From Spirochaetia bacterium (GTDB lineage Bacteria > Spirochaetota > Spirochaetia > UBA9216), in NCBI GenBank assembly GCA_965140585.1, contig OZ223270.1, positions 645,360 to 709,359 on the forward strand: 64,000 nt of DNA, written 5' to 3'. A program made the position numbers and the translations under genes. Position 1 is the first letter of the stretch; each line of letters starts with the position of its first letter. Shown here one piece after another: positions 63,339 to 64,000 of this stretch. The notes below the pieces were generated by a model. The model was not told where the DNA came from. It did not search any database and saw only the letters and a program-made list of their open reading frames with translations.

Positions 63339-64000
63339 TCTCGGAAACAAAGAGCCTTCAGGGCGATTACGATAATGCGTTCTCGGGAATGGATCAAATG
63401 CGTAAAGCGTTCGTACCGCAGCTTGAACTCAAGGAAGTGGGGAAGATCACGGAAGTCTCGACCGGTATAGCCAAAGTTTCGGGACTCCCCGGCGTCGGCT
63501 TGGAGGAGCTAATCCGCTTCCCCGGCGATGTGCTCGGTATCGCGTTCAATGTTGACGCTGAAGAAATAGGAGTTGTCATGCTCGGAGAATACTCTCACCT
63601 GCACGCGGGGGATGAAGTCCGGCGTACAGGCCGGGTCATGGACGTCGTAGTAGGCGATGAATTGCTCGGCAGGGTCATAGATCCTCTGGGACGTCCGCTT
63701 GACGGAAGCGGTACGGTAGCTTCAAGCGCCAGACTTCCCGTTGAGCGGCCCGCCGCGCATATCATGGACCGCGCTCCCGTCACAGAGCCGCTTTCAACAG
63801 GACTCAAAGTCATCGATGCGCTCATTCCCATCGGCCGCGGACAGCGCGAGCTGATCCTTGGCGACCGGCAAACTGGCAAGACAGCTATTGCGATCGACGC
63901 TATCCTCAACCAGAGGGACCGTGGAGTTTTGTGTGTGTATTGTGCGATAGGCCAACGTGCATCGGCTGTTGCGAAAACCGTCGCGACTCTTCGGGAGAAA
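63335..64000 (+). CDS. atpA: N-ATPase F1 alpha subunit (partial, runs off window)
   Basis: ATG overlaps the atpF stop. Motifs EVGKITEVSTGIA, LLGRVIDPLGRPLDG and IPIGRGQRELILGDRQTGKT. Confidence 0.93.
   Translation, partial: MISETKSLQGDYDNAFSGMDQMRKAFVPQLELKEVGKITEVSTGIAKVSGLPGVGLEELIRFPGDVLGIAFNVDAEEIGVVMLGEYSHLHAGDEVRRTGRVMDVVVGDELLGRVIDPLGRPLDGSGTVASSARLPVERPAAHIMDRAPVTEPLSTGLKVIDALIPIGRGQRELILGDRQTGKTAIAIDAILNQRDRGVLCVYCAIGQRASAVAKTVATLREK

Overview
Bacterial chromosomal accessory region, most likely a free-living spirochaete (inferred from the 'FAGGQQE' solute-binding-protein N-terminus, spirochaete-type lipoboxes and MCP style). From left to right it contains: (1) a glycoside/ester utilisation locus (esterase pseudogene, His-type GH3 plus HAD phosphatase, AraC, GH2, sugar ABC transporter, sulfatase pseudogene, lipoprotein carboxylesterase); (2) a LysR-MBL hydrolase-DASS transporter-malic enzyme-LarA operon; (3) a modular surface-lipoprotein array (21.1-27.2 kb) with a 370-bp ~97%-identical direct repeat, repeated inter-gene junctions, domain-swapped Ig/DUF1566/kelch passengers and a small outer-membrane beta-barrel; (4) a two-component pair and an MCP; (5) two single-chain membrane HK-REC-LuxR regulators flanking a MalT-like regulator, followed by four lipoproteins (three GLUG-type paralogues) whose two promoters share a TCACC-N7-GGTGA palindrome at identical spacing from the -10 box; (6) a zone of gene fragments with three remnants of one rve-type IS family spread over the window; (7) a GH130/GT4 cluster and small membrane proteins; (8) an N-ATPase operon (atpDCQRBEFA..., runs off the window) with many +1 homopolymer frameshifts that are probably sequencing errors. 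No rRNA, tRNA, CRISPR array or reverse transcriptase was seen. All family assignments are from motif recognition by eye, with no database search.
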